Counted from the stretch's first letter, positions 16,485 to 24,693 are shown. The stretch: 64,000 nt of DNA from a virus (IMGVR_UViG_3300037010_002253:1-64000), one strand, 5' to 3'. Translations and numbers: made by a program. Notes: generated by a model from the sequence alone, not told the origin.

Positions 16485-17184
16485 GTTCCGTCCTCCTCTT
16501 CCCATTCACAATGAGGCTCACCATCGGCTGGCTCAGTCCTACTGATTTCGCGACGCTAACTTGCGCCTCCCCGTCCGCCACGCGCTTACGGATGGCGTCA
16601 ACAATAACGTCGCTCACCTTCGCGGAGGGGTGGGTCTCTCCTCGCATGTGGCGAAGTCGACCCTTTGCCAGCGCGTCATCCATATTTTCCTTCTGCGTGC
16701 CGGGACGGAGATGCCACGGGTTCACGCATCGGGGTGTGTCGCACTTGTGCAGCAAGTACCCCTCGAAAGGACCAAACACCAGCTCGTACGCGAACCTGTG
16801 TGCGTACACGAAGCGAGTTCGGTCCCTTCCTGAAAGTCCCGTCGGAAGACTGAACTGTCCGTACCCTGCGGATGTTGTGCTCCCTACCCATAGCCAGCAC
16901 GCCTCCGCATCGAGGGTCTGGTCGACCTTCTCCCAGAAGCGTTCCTCCACGTCGCGCCGTGCGTGCTCAAGACATCCGCAGGACTTGGACCGCGTTCGCA
17001 GCCTGTGCCCTGGGAGCACTACCTCTTGACCACAGTCGCAAAGACAACGCCACCACTTCTCTTGGCGTTTGTCTCCCACATGGTCGAACGCGAGAACGGT
17101 GAGCTTGTGGAACCGCTGCCCAACCAAGTCGATCACCCGCATGTCTACTTCCTGCCAGGCATCGTACTTCTCGTCAACGGTCAT
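16462..17184 (-). mobile_element. Free-standing HNH homing endonuclease gene
   Basis: CLCDCG...SCGC N-domain; CWLW...GYG; AHRFAY...LHKCDTPRCVNPWHL...N HNH motif; C-terminal HTH; alternative start 17142. Confidence 0.85.
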
Positions 17185-17202
17185 TTGCAGATCATACCGC
17201 AG

Positions 17203-17249
17203 AAAAGGCAAAGTCCCCACCCCGGGGAGTCAAGCCGGGGTGGGGACTT
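17203..17249 (-). terminator. Terminator after the tRNA-like cluster
   Basis: 15-bp stem aagtccccaccccgg/ccggggtggggactt followed by TGCCTTTT on the minus strand. Confidence 0.7.
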
Positions 17250-17263
17250 CTGTGGACGAACTT

Positions 17264-17341
17264 TGGGAAGCGGGGAGGACTCGAACCTCCGACCGATGCG
17301 TGTCGAGAGACGCTCGCTCTACCGTCTGAGCTACCGCTTCC
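17264..17341 (-). tRNA. tRNA-like RNA with 8-nt anticodon loop (CUCUCGAC); identity undetermined
   Basis: GAAGCGG/CCGCTTC acceptor, GCTC-AGACGGTA-GAGC D arm, GGAGG-TTCGAGT-CCTCC T arm, ends CCA. Confidence 0.75.
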
Positions 17342-17342
17342 A

Positions 17343-17420
17343 GGTGGGCGCCGACCTGGTTGAAACCGACGCCCTTGAGCACACGCCGAAGCGTTTACCA
17401 GTTCTTGCTTCGCCTCCACC
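17343..17420 (-). ncRNA. Degenerate tRNA-sized structured RNA
   Basis: Paired ends GGTG(GA)GGCG/CGCCCACC; D-loop-like AACTGGTAAAC; stem around GTGCTCAAGG; no canonical T arm. Confidence 0.35.
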
Positions 17421-17491
17421 GATCCGCCCGCCAAGGTGAGCCGGCCGCGTGATTGGTAGGGGCTACGCCATAAGAATCACCTCGCTTTCTT

Positions 17492-17566
17492 TGGGCGAGG
17501 GGGGTGGACTTGAACCACCATCCCGGGCGATTCCCTCCCGGTGTCCTGACTTGGACGACCCGTCGC
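17492..17566 (-). tRNA. tRNA-like RNA with 9-nt anticodon loop lacking U33
   Basis: GCGACGGG/CCCCTCGC plus CCA; GTCC/GGAC D stem; CCGGG-AGGGAATCG-CCCGG; GGTGG-TTCAAGT-CCACC. Confidence 0.7.
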
Positions 17567-17570
17567 AGAT

Positions 17571-17595
17571 GGGGAACGGGACCAGCCCGTTCCCC
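17571..17595. other. Perfect 10-bp hairpin between a CDS and the tRNA-like cluster
   Basis: ggggaacggg-accag-cccgttcccc. Confidence 0.6.
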
Positions 17596-17610
17596 GAGTC
17601 GCCGATGCGA

Positions 17611-18678
17611 CTACGACTTCTTGACGACGCGCTTCTTCGGCTCCGCCGACTTCACGCGCATCTCGCTCCACTCGGCCTCACACTCCTCGCCGTCGTCGAG
17701 CGTTACGTCGCACTTGCCCTCGACGTCGTCGATGGTCTGGATCGCGCCGGGCTGCCATCCGCCATCCTCGCCGAAGTTGACCTCGACCTTTGCGCCGAGG
17801 CGGAACCCCTCAGGGACCTCGAGCGTCTTCTTCTGGGGGATCTGGCCCGTCTTCTTCGACTTCGGGTCCTCGGTCGTGACGACCTCGGCGTTCTTGTTGA
17901 GGAAGTCGCGGATGGCGTCGCGCATGATGCGGGCCGACTTGACGATCTTGATCTCGCCCTTGCCGCTCTCGTTGATCGCCGTCGCGATCTCGGTGAGCCG
18001 CTCCACGGTTGCGCTCTCCAGCTCCTCCGAAGAGATGTCGAGGGTCTCCTCGTCCTCCTCCTCCTCCTCGTCGTCCTCGTCCTCTTCCTCGTCCTCCTCC
18101 TCCTCGTCCTTGGACTTGGCAGCCTTCTTCGCAGGAGGCGCCTCATCGGTCTCCTCCGCGCCGTCCGCGTCCGTGAGGTCGAGGAGCGGCTTGATCTCCT
18201 CCGGGACCTCCATCCCGATCTCGGAGGCCAGCGACGCCGCGAACTTCGCGAGGATGATGATGAAGGTGTCGTGTGCCTCGACCGTGTCGTTCAGCTCGAC
18301 GATCTTCTCGTTCGCCGCCGCGAGGGCAGCGACGATCTCAGAGGATACCGCGGAGGACTCTTCGTCGTCGCGCGGCTTCGCGGCGCTCCTCGCTACGCGC
18401 TTCTCCTTCGCGGGGGGCGCCTCCTCCTCCGCGGCCTCCTCCTCCTCCTCCTCGCGCGGCTTCGCTGGGGCCGACGCGACGCCCGTCTCGCTCCGCCGCA
18501 CACCGGCCTTCTTCCCCGCGTTCGGGTCCGCCGGGGTGCCCTTGCCCGCCTTGACCTTCTGCGCCCTCTCGATCTCGCGCACGAGGTTGTTGAGGTCCAG
18601 GCCGCTCGGGTTGATGCCGAGCGACTTCGCGAAAACACGGAGATCCTTGAAGCCCATCTTGGAGAGGTCGGTTGCCAT
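17611..18678 (-). CDS. Highly acidic multi-domain protein with C-terminal Tudor/SH3-like barrel
   Basis: Poly-E/D tracts; FRLGAKVEVNFGEDGGWQPGAIQTID...CDVTLDDGEE. Confidence 0.8.
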   Translation of the reverse strand: MATDLSKMGFKDLRVFAKSLGINPSGLDLNNLVREIERAQKVKAGKGTPADPNAGKKAGVRRSETGVASAPAKPREEEEEEAAEEEAPPAKEKRVARSAAKPRDDEESSAVSSEIVAALAAANEKIVELNDTVEAHDTFIIILAKFAASLASEIGMEVPEEIKPLLDLTDADGAEETDEAPPAKKAAKSKDEEEEDEEEDEDDEEEEEDEETLDISSEELESATVERLTEIATAINESGKGEIKIVKSARIMRDAIRDFLNKNAEVVTTEDPKSKKTGQIPQKKTLEVPEGFRLGAKVEVNFGEDGGWQPGAIQTIDDVEGKCDVTLDDGEECEAEWSEMRVKSAEPKKRVVKKS

Positions 18679-18719
18679 GACGATTCAGTTCCCTTTCATT
18701 TCCGTTTCGTGACTCCCCG

Positions 18720-18748
18720 AAACTACCGCGCCCCGGAGAAGAAGTAAA
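18720..18748 (-). promoter_or_regulatory. Sigma70-like promoter
   Basis: TTTACT-N17-TAGTTT upstream of ATG 18678. Confidence 0.5.
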
Positions 18749-18779
18749 GAGATTTCTTTCCGCTATTCCGCCGGCCACC

Positions 18780-19130
18780 CTACGCGATAGTGAGCCGGAA
18801 CTTCTTGAAGCCGCGGACCGTGTCCGCCTTGAGGGTGTGGGTCTGCTCCTCGCGGAAGCCCTCGTTGAGGGGGCAGCTCGCGCAGGACTCGAAAGAGAGC
18901 TCGCTCTCTTTGACGTGACACCATCCGCCGGGGTTGCTCTCAGTCGGAGGAGAGAACCTCTCCGCGCCTACGGGCTCGAGGCGGAGCCGCTCCCGCTCCT
19001 CAGGAGAAAGTCCCGTCACGCAGAAGACGATCCGGCGCGAGTACATCTGGACCCCCTGCTGGTTCGTCACCAGCCGTACGACCCGGTCTCGCGCCGTCGC
19101 CCAGCGCTGGCCCCGTGACCCTGTGGTCAC
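18780..19130 (-). CDS. Hypothetical protein
   Basis: 116 aa, CASC motif, GTGA coupling. Confidence 0.6.
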   Translation of the reverse strand: MTTGSRGQRWATARDRVVRLVTNQQGVQMYSRRIVFCVTGLSPEERERLRLEPVGAERFSPPTESNPGGWCHVKESELSFESCASCPLNEGFREEQTHTLKADTVRGFKKFRLTIA

Positions 19131-19612
19131 GCCGCCTTCGTCGAAGCCTTCTCCGCCGGCTTCGCCGCCTTCTTGTCACCGTTCCCCCTCCGACCGACCG
19201 GCTTGACGCGCCAGTACATGAGCTCGCCCCGCGTCATCACGGTCATCGGGCCGAGCTTCGGGTGAACGAAGGTCGTGGCGCCACCGAGGGACTCGAGCAG
19301 GTCGCTGAGGAACGCCTGGTTCTCCTCCTCCATCAGCTTGATCCCAGCGAAGTTCTTGTCGAGCTTCTCGATGAGCCTCGCCTGGGCCGAGGTGGGGTCC
19401 GTGACGACGCGCGGGCGCGCCTCGCCCTTCGGTGCGCGCGCCTTCTTCTCCTTCGGGGGCGCCGCCTTGGCCGCCGCGGCCGGCTTCTTGGTGGTCGAAG
19501 TGATGGGGACCTTCTTCTTGATGACGGGCATTTTCTTCCCAGTCTTGGGGGCGGCCTTCTTGGTCGACTTCACCGAGAGCTTGCCCACCTTCTTTTTGGT
19601 ATTGATCTTCAT
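19127..19612 (-). CDS. Histone H1-like Lys/Ala/Pro-rich protein
   Basis: KKAAPKTGKK...KKPAAAAKAAPPKEKK; basic tails flanking a small globular core. Confidence 0.75.
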   Translation of the reverse strand: MKINTKKKVGKLSVKSTKKAAPKTGKKMPVIKKKVPITSTTKKPAAAAKAAPPKEKKARAPKGEARPRVVTDPTSAQARLIEKLDKNFAGIKLMEEENQAFLSDLLESLGGATTFVHPKLGPMTVMTRGELMYWRVKPVGRRGNGDKKAAKPAEKASTKAA

Positions 19613-19627
19613 GCGAGCCTTCTTCTT

Positions 19628-20149
19628 TCAGTCCTCGAGTTCGAGAAGATGGCGGTCGAGGTCGAGGCCCTCAACCACCGCCGTGAGACACGCGACGACC
19701 TGTGCCCTCACTCCGGGATGCTCCGTCGCCTCCGGATTCGGACACGAGTAGCAGTTCCCCCGGCAGCCGAGGTTGTCGATCGACTGGTGGAGGGAACTGT
19801 AATGCGAGTCGATGACTTCCACAAGACGATCTTGCAAAACGAGGAGCTTTTTCTTCTCCTTCTCCTCCTCGTCACCACCGCCGGCAGCCACGGTAGGTGG
19901 AACGCTCCCCTTCCGCCCGAAAAGCTGGATGACCTGCGCCCCGCCCACCATGTCACTAGTCGTCGAGCTGGTCGTCGTCGTCTCGAACGACGAGATCGTA
20001 GGCCGGTTCCGGTTCACCACGTCCGCGAGAGCCTCGGCCAGCAGAAGAACGACCAGTTCGTCTGTCTTGACGTGCAGGCCGCGCGCTTCCGCGACCGCTA
20101 CCGCCGCCGCCAGCACTGTCTCGCGCTCGTTCTGTGTCCAGTCGAACAT
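19628..20149 (-). CDS. Hypothetical protein with Cys cluster
   Basis: GAGGA RBS; CRGNCYSC. Confidence 0.65.
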   Translation of the reverse strand: MFDWTQNERETVLAAAVAVAEARGLHVKTDELVVLLLAEALADVVNRNRPTISSFETTTTSSTTSDMVGGAQVIQLFGRKGSVPPTVAAGGGDEEEKEKKKLLVLQDRLVEVIDSHYSSLHQSIDNLGCRGNCYSCPNPEATEHPGVRAQVVACLTAVVEGLDLDRHLLELED

Positions 20150-20408
20150 TGTATAGCGTCCTCTTGATCTGGTTTGCTTGTCTGGTGGAAATCGAGAGCT
20201 TGTACTTGATCGCTCCTGGGATGTTGCACACCTTACACTCTCGGTATCGAGCGAGGGCGCACACCTCGCGGGACTTCTGGTGTTCGTACGCCCAGCACCA
20301 CAAGTACAGGGGCAGGCGGAACTCCTTCGCCTTTACCTCTTCGACCATGTCGCCTCCGTCGTCCGTAAGTGACTCCAAGATATTACCCCGGGACGGACCG
20401 ACAATCAA
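19956..20408 (-). CDS. Hypothetical protein; 3' part overlaps the next gene
   Basis: Coupled to the folE stop; Cys-containing N-terminal half. Confidence 0.4.
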   Translation of the reverse strand: MIVGPSRGNILESLTDDGGDMVEEVKAKEFRLPLYLWCWAYEHQKSREVCALARYRECKVCNIPGAIKYKLSISTRQANQIKRTLYNVRLDTERARDSAGGGGSGRGSARPARQDRRTGRSSAGRGSRGRGEPEPAYDLVVRDDDDQLDD

Positions 20409-21097
20409 GAGGTTTTCTTTACCCTCGCGAGGTGCTGGTTGAACTCAGACTTCACGTCGGGCCGTGTCGCGACGCCTCGGAGGGCGGCCGTGGAAGTGAT
20501 GGAACCCGCTTTCTGCACGCCGCGCATGATCATGCAGTAGTGGGACGCCTCCATCACCACAAAGACCCCCGCCGGATCCACGAGGTCAACGAAGAAGTCA
20601 GCGACCTCTAGCGTCAGCCGCTCCTGAGTCTGGAGCTTGTGTGAGAAGAAGTCGACGATCCGCGGGATCTTCGACAGCCCGACGATCCGCTTCCTGGGGA
20701 TGTACCCGACGTGTGCCACGCCGACGAAGGGGAGCATGTGGTGGGCGCAGAGAGACGCGAAGGGCACGTCCGCCACCATCACGATCTCGTTGTACCCGTC
20801 GGCGTCGAAGGTGGTCAGCTTCGCAAGGAACTCCGCTCGCTTATCGTCGCGGTACGACGAGAGCAGCTCGTCGTAGTACATACGAGCCACCCGCATCGGG
20901 GTGTTGGCGAGGTCGAGGTGAGCGGACTCTAGGATGGGAAGCCCATCGAGGACCTTCTCCAACGACTCTGATAGCCGGTTCAGTGTCTCGTCGCGGTCGT
21001 CGGAACCTGCATCTCGCGTCGAAGGCTGCTTCGCGCGTCGCCGAGTAGCTCGCATGTCGTCCCAGTCTCCTGGATACCCGCCGTGTGGATGTCGCAC
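20405..21097 (-). CDS. folE: GTP cyclohydrolase I
   Basis: TPMRVA; SLCAHHMLPF; GLSKIPR; QERLT; HYCMIMRG. Confidence 0.95.
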   Translation of the reverse strand: MRHPHGGYPGDWDDMRATRRRAKQPSTRDAGSDDRDETLNRLSESLEKVLDGLPILESAHLDLANTPMRVARMYYDELLSSYRDDKRAEFLAKLTTFDADGYNEIVMVADVPFASLCAHHMLPFVGVAHVGYIPRKRIVGLSKIPRIVDFFSHKLQTQERLTLEVADFFVDLVDPAGVFVVMEASHYCMIMRGVQKAGSITSTAALRGVATRPDVKSEFNQHLARVKKTS

Positions 21098-21210
21098 TCC
21101 GACCCATCGGCGTCGTCACGCTCGACGACGATGACGAGACGATGGCCCGTCAGGGTCTCAACCCTTCCCGTCCGCTCGTCCGTCACCATCACCGAGAACA
21201 TGGCGTTCAC
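20980..21210 (-). CDS. Small hypothetical protein
   Basis: GTGA-coupled to queE; overlaps the folE start. Confidence 0.35.
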   Translation of the reverse strand: MNAMFSVMVTDERTGRVETLTGHRLVIVVERDDADGSECDIHTAGIQETGTTCELLGDARSSLRREMQVPTTATRH

Positions 21211-21908
21211 CTCAAGGAGTAAAGGAGCTTGTGTGCTTGGGGGAGTACACGCACATCTGGTGCACTTGTCAACCCAACCCGCCGCAGGCTGACGAAGTAT
21301 TCGGTGACTTCTAGAAGAAACTCCCGCCCCTTGCTGTACTCGGGCTGCACGACGAAGTGAGGGGGGTTTCCTGCGCTACCCCACAAATCCTTCACGTCCT
21401 TGAACAGCTCGTTCGCATCGTGAACTTCCTCCCGAGTCGAGACGACGATCTTGATCTGCGTCTCCCGCTTCCGTCCGTGGTCCCGCTGGGTCACGAGAAA
21501 GCGGTACAGGTCCGCCACCATCCGCGGATGGTGCAGCTTCGGGGAGATGGAGAGGAGGTCCGCCGCGAAGCAAAGCTCCTGGTGGAAGAGGCTCCCCTGG
21601 GTTTCGACGGTGACGTGTCGCCCGGTGAGCCCGAGCCGGTACGCCAGCGTCGTGCACTCCTCGGCCTGTAGGAACGGGTTCCCTCCTGTGATGACGACGT
21701 GACGGATCCCGTAGGACTTCACGTCCTGCACGACTTCATCGACCGTCCTCTCGGCGCCGGCCTTCGCGTCCCACGACCCCTTGGTGTCGCACCAGGAGCA
21801 AGTGAACTCGCACCCTTGCAGGCGCACGAAGACGCTGGGCATCCCGACCAGGACGCCCTCGCCCTGGACCGTGGGCCAGCAGTACCCCTCGAAATCTACG
21901 ACGCGCAT
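21207..21908 (-). CDS. queE: 7-carboxy-7-deazaguanine synthase (radical SAM)
   Basis: TVQGEG...FVRLQGCEFTCSWCDT; ITGGNP; ISPK; PQAHK; start overlaps the queD stop. Confidence 0.93.
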   Translation of the reverse strand: MRVVDFEGYCWPTVQGEGVLVGMPSVFVRLQGCEFTCSWCDTKGSWDAKAGAERTVDEVVQDVKSYGIRHVVITGGNPFLQAEECTTLAYRLGLTGRHVTVETQGSLFHQELCFAADLLSISPKLHHPRMVADLYRFLVTQRDHGRKRETQIKIVVSTREEVHDANELFKDVKDLWGSAGNPPHFVVQPEYSKGREFLLEVTEYFVSLRRVGLTSAPDVRVLPQAHKLLYSLR

Positions 21909-22309
21909 CAGGCCAGCTCCTTCGTGGGAAGGACGATCTGCGCCCACGAGGTCTCCGTCTCGAAGACGGTGACGGATTCAAGGCCCACCTCCGCGTCCGC
22001 ATCCATCGCCAGGAGAAGGCCGCAGACCTTGTCCACGATCCACGCCGCGATGTTCTCGGCGCTGGGGTTCTTCGCCTTGAACTCCGGCAGGTCGTTCAGG
22101 GTCTTGTGGTCGAGGGCGTTCCGCACGGCCTTGAGCACGTTGAAATCGAGGAGGAACCCGGTCTCGTCGAGCTTCTCCCCGTACAGGACGATCTCCGCCT
22201 TGTAGCTGTGCCCATGTAGGTTTCCGCAGGGGTGGTCGTTGGGCAGGCCCTTGAGGACGTGGGCGGCTTCCCACCTGATCGTCTTCCCGATTCTGTAGAG
22301 AGCGTTCAC
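21908..22309 (-). CDS. queD: 6-carboxytetrahydropterin synthase
   Basis: EAAH...CGNLHGHSY; LDHKTLN; PSAENIA; VFET. Confidence 0.95.
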   Translation of the reverse strand: MNALYRIGKTIRWEAAHVLKGLPNDHPCGNLHGHSYKAEIVLYGEKLDETGFLLDFNVLKAVRNALDHKTLNDLPEFKAKNPSAENIAAWIVDKVCGLLLAMDADAEVGLESVTVFETETSWAQIVLPTKELA

Positions 22310-22899
22310 TTGTCTTGCTCCTGTTCCCCATCCGGGAACGGCAGCTTCTCGATGTTGACGATCTCCCGCACCATGCGGTGAATCGTCCCGTGTTCATCCC
22401 AGAGCACGCCGAAAGAATAGAACCAGCGGTGCTCGGATTCCAGGATGATCTCATTCCCTTCCGCGTCCCGCTGCCCGCCTTCGATGACGCGCACCTTCCA
22501 GCAGGCGGACTCCTTGTCCTTCGTGACCTCTTCGACGAGGAAAACGTGTTCATCCCCACCGCCATCCGAACCACCGCCGACGCGAACCCAATCACCAGGC
22601 TCCGGGAAGTCGTACCGCTCTCGAACCGCGTTGCTCGCTCGCGCGATGGTGGACAGGTTCGCCATCGCGAACCCCATGGTGTAGTAGCGGAGGACAGGGG
22701 ACTGGAGTCCCATGAGCCGCAGGAACCCCGCGATGACGAGGGCGCAGCCGGAGGTCTTCTTGCCGGCGTAGTAGTCACGCATCCTCGGAGGGTCTTCCGG
22801 GGCCATCAGGAGGTCGACGTACCTCTCGCGTTGCTCCGTGACCCCGCAACCGATGAACAGCCGTGCTACCTCGACGATTCTTTCCCTGATGGTCGGCAT
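22306..22899 (-). CDS. CHAP/NlpC-P60-like cysteine hydrolase, possible endolysin
   Basis: SGCALV...PEPGD...EHVFLV...VIEGG Cys/His/Glu pattern. Confidence 0.6.
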   Translation of the reverse strand: MPTIRERIVEVARLFIGCGVTEQRERYVDLLMAPEDPPRMRDYYAGKKTSGCALVIAGFLRLMGLQSPVLRYYTMGFAMANLSTIARASNAVRERYDFPEPGDWVRVGGGSDGGGDEHVFLVEEVTKDKESACWKVRVIEGGQRDAEGNEIILESEHRWFYSFGVLWDEHGTIHRMVREIVNIEKLPFPDGEQEQDK

Positions 22900-22950
22900 C
22901 TCGCTACCCTTTCCTCACCCCGGCACTCCGGTGGAACAGGAGACACTCTA

Positions 22951-23643
22951 ATGCAAATCGCCTTGCTCAGCACCTCGAAGAAGGTACCGCTCGCGCTTCT
23001 CAGCAAGATCGCTTACGCGACCACCAAGCAGCTCAAGGAGTTCTGCGCGGATTGGGATCTCGCCGCGTCGTCCGTCATCCCCTGGGATGCGTCCGACCGC
23101 GCCTCCGCGCCGCCCACCCGCATCTGGATCGTCGACAGCGCGGCGGACCTACAGAACGCCCTCGGCGCCCACTGGATCGACCCCGACACGGGTCTCCCGA
23201 CCGGCAAGGTCCTGGTGGACGTCATCCTCGCAAACGGGGGCACCCTCACCGATGGGCCCGTCTCCGTCTCCGCGATCGCGTCCCACGAGATCCTCGAGCT
23301 ACGCGCCGACCCTTCCGCGAATATCAACGTCGCGATGCCCGACGGGAGAATGGTCGCCTACGAGTCGGCCGACCCTGTCGAAGACGGGGGGTACCCAGTC
23401 ATCCTGCACGACCGCTCGCTCGTCTGGGTCTCGAACTACGTGCTCCCCGACTGGTTCAACGTGGGAAGCAAGACTCGTCGCTTCGACAAGATGGGGCTGC
23501 TCAAGGCGCCGTTCACAATGACCGACGGCGGCTACATGATCATCGACAACCAACCCGTCTTCGGCTTCGGGGTCCCAGAATGGAAGAAGGAGGCGAAGCT
23601 CACCCCCTTCTCCCGTACCGGACGCCGTCTCGTGACGGCCTAG
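22951..23643 (+). CDS. Putative zincin-like metallohydrolase (HExxE); the only credible plus-strand gene
   Basis: AGGAG RBS and ATG 22951; ALGAH...ASHEILELRADP...AYESADPVE...VSNYVLPDWF; no minus-strand gene occupies this interval. Confidence 0.8.
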   Translation: MQIALLSTSKKVPLALLSKIAYATTKQLKEFCADWDLAASSVIPWDASDRASAPPTRIWIVDSAADLQNALGAHWIDPDTGLPTGKVLVDVILANGGTLTDGPVSVSAIASHEILELRADPSANINVAMPDGRMVAYESADPVEDGGYPVILHDRSLVWVSNYVLPDWFNVGSKTRRFDKMGLLKAPFTMTDGGYMIIDNQPVFGFGVPEWKKEAKLTPFSRTGRRLVTA

Positions 23644-23879
23644 AAGAGCGACTCGTTCGCAACCTTGTAGGCGAACTGGGCGACCTGCCCAAGGCGATGC
23701 TGGATGATCGTCAACTCCTCCTGGGCGTCATGCAGGTCCTCGGACAGCTCCAGGTACGCCGCCTGGAGCTGTTTGAGGTCCAGGCCGGCGATCTCCGCCG
23801 CGGCCTTCGCCTTGTTGAACTTGTTGAACTTGATCTCGGGGGCCGTGAAGAACGCCTTCTTGCTTGCCACGTGAATCAC
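23640..23879 (-). CDS. Small coiled-coil protein
   Basis: 79 aa, GTGA coupling. Confidence 0.6.
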   Translation of the reverse strand: MIHVASKKAFFTAPEIKFNKFNKAKAAAEIAGLDLKQLQAAYLELSEDLHDAQEELTIIQHRLGQVAQFAYKVANESLF

Positions 23880-23968
23880 TTGCCTTTCTTTGTCTTCTTC
23901 TTCTTCTTCGCTTCGGGCTTGTCACAGCCCTTCTTCCCGCAGTTCGTCTTACCCTTGCAGCAACACAT
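23876..23968 (-). CDS. 30-aa Cys/Lys-rich micropeptide
   Basis: MCCCKGKTNCGKKGCDKPEAKKKKKTKKGK; GGAG RBS; stop overlaps the next GTG. Confidence 0.55.
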   Translation of the reverse strand: MCCCKGKTNCGKKGCDKPEAKKKKKTKKGK

Positions 23969-23980
23969 CGCGTTCTCCAC

Positions 23981-24421
23981 CTAGCCGGCGCTCATCGCGA
24001 TCGAGAGGCATCCGAGGTGGTAGACCCCGGGGCTCACCTTCGCGCCATCCGCCACGGGAACCGCCGACCCGTCCACCGGCAGCCCGCAGATCACGCACGT
24101 CTGTGGGGGAGGGCCCTGCTCCTCCTCGGGGACGTCGAGGGTCGTGACGAGGGCGCTGTCCGCCGCGAGCTGCTCCTGGTTCCTCGCCGCATCGAGGAAA
24201 GCGATCTTGTTCTCCTCTCGTGTCAGATCGTTCGCGATGCTCTGGTAGACCGACGCGAGACCCGCATGACCGTGGGAAAGCATCTTGCTCAGCTTCGCCA
24301 CGAGGGAGAGACGGTCCGTCACCGGACCACAGCAGCCCGGTTCCTTCTCATGAACGTGGAGGAGTGGGGGGGCCGGCTGGGTGTCCGGGGGATGGGGGAT
24401 GGTGCCGTCGAACGTCTTCAT
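23981..24421 (-). CDS. Hypothetical protein with C-terminal CxxC...HxxC zinc finger
   Basis: CVICG...YHLGC. Confidence 0.6.
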   Translation of the reverse strand: MKTFDGTIPHPPDTQPAPPLLHVHEKEPGCCGPVTDRLSLVAKLSKMLSHGHAGLASVYQSIANDLTREENKIAFLDAARNQEQLAADSALVTTLDVPEEEQGPPPQTCVICGLPVDGSAVPVADGAKVSPGVYHLGCLSIAMSAG

Positions 24422-24684
24422 CAGTTGCTCACCTCCGCGAGGACCGCGCTGGCCGCCCTCGCCTTCTTGTACGCCGTCTCCGCCGCGGCCTGCGCCGCTT
24501 CCTTGGTCGCCCCCTCCCCCTGCATCTGGATGACGCAGAGGTGGCTGCCGTTCTCACGCGTGGAGACGACGAGCCAACCGAACCCGCCATCGTCCGTCGC
24601 CTCGATGAAGCACTCGTCACTCGCTGGGATGCCTTCCATCTCGACGCGCGCGAACTTCTTTTCCTGCCACTCAGGCAAAGCCAT
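24421..24684 (-). CDS. Hypothetical protein
   Basis: 87 aa; AGGAG RBS. Confidence 0.6.
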   Translation of the reverse strand: MALPEWQEKKFARVEMEGIPASDECFIEATDDGGFGWLVVSTRENGSHLCVIQMQGEGATKEAAQAAAETAYKKARAASAVLAEVSN

Positions 24685-24693
24685 TCTCTTCTC

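Noticed and set aside
17343-17420. Calling the middle RNA a tRNA-Leu(CAA) or a UGA suppressor/Sec tRNA
   Set aside because: No canonical T arm and a 10-nt loop; genes end normally in TGA, TAG and TAA, so there is no sign of stop-codon reassignment.
22315-22950. N-terminal half of the 442-aa plus-strand ORF
   Set aside because: Antisense to the CHAP-like gene; the credible start is ATG 22951 with an AGGAG RBS.
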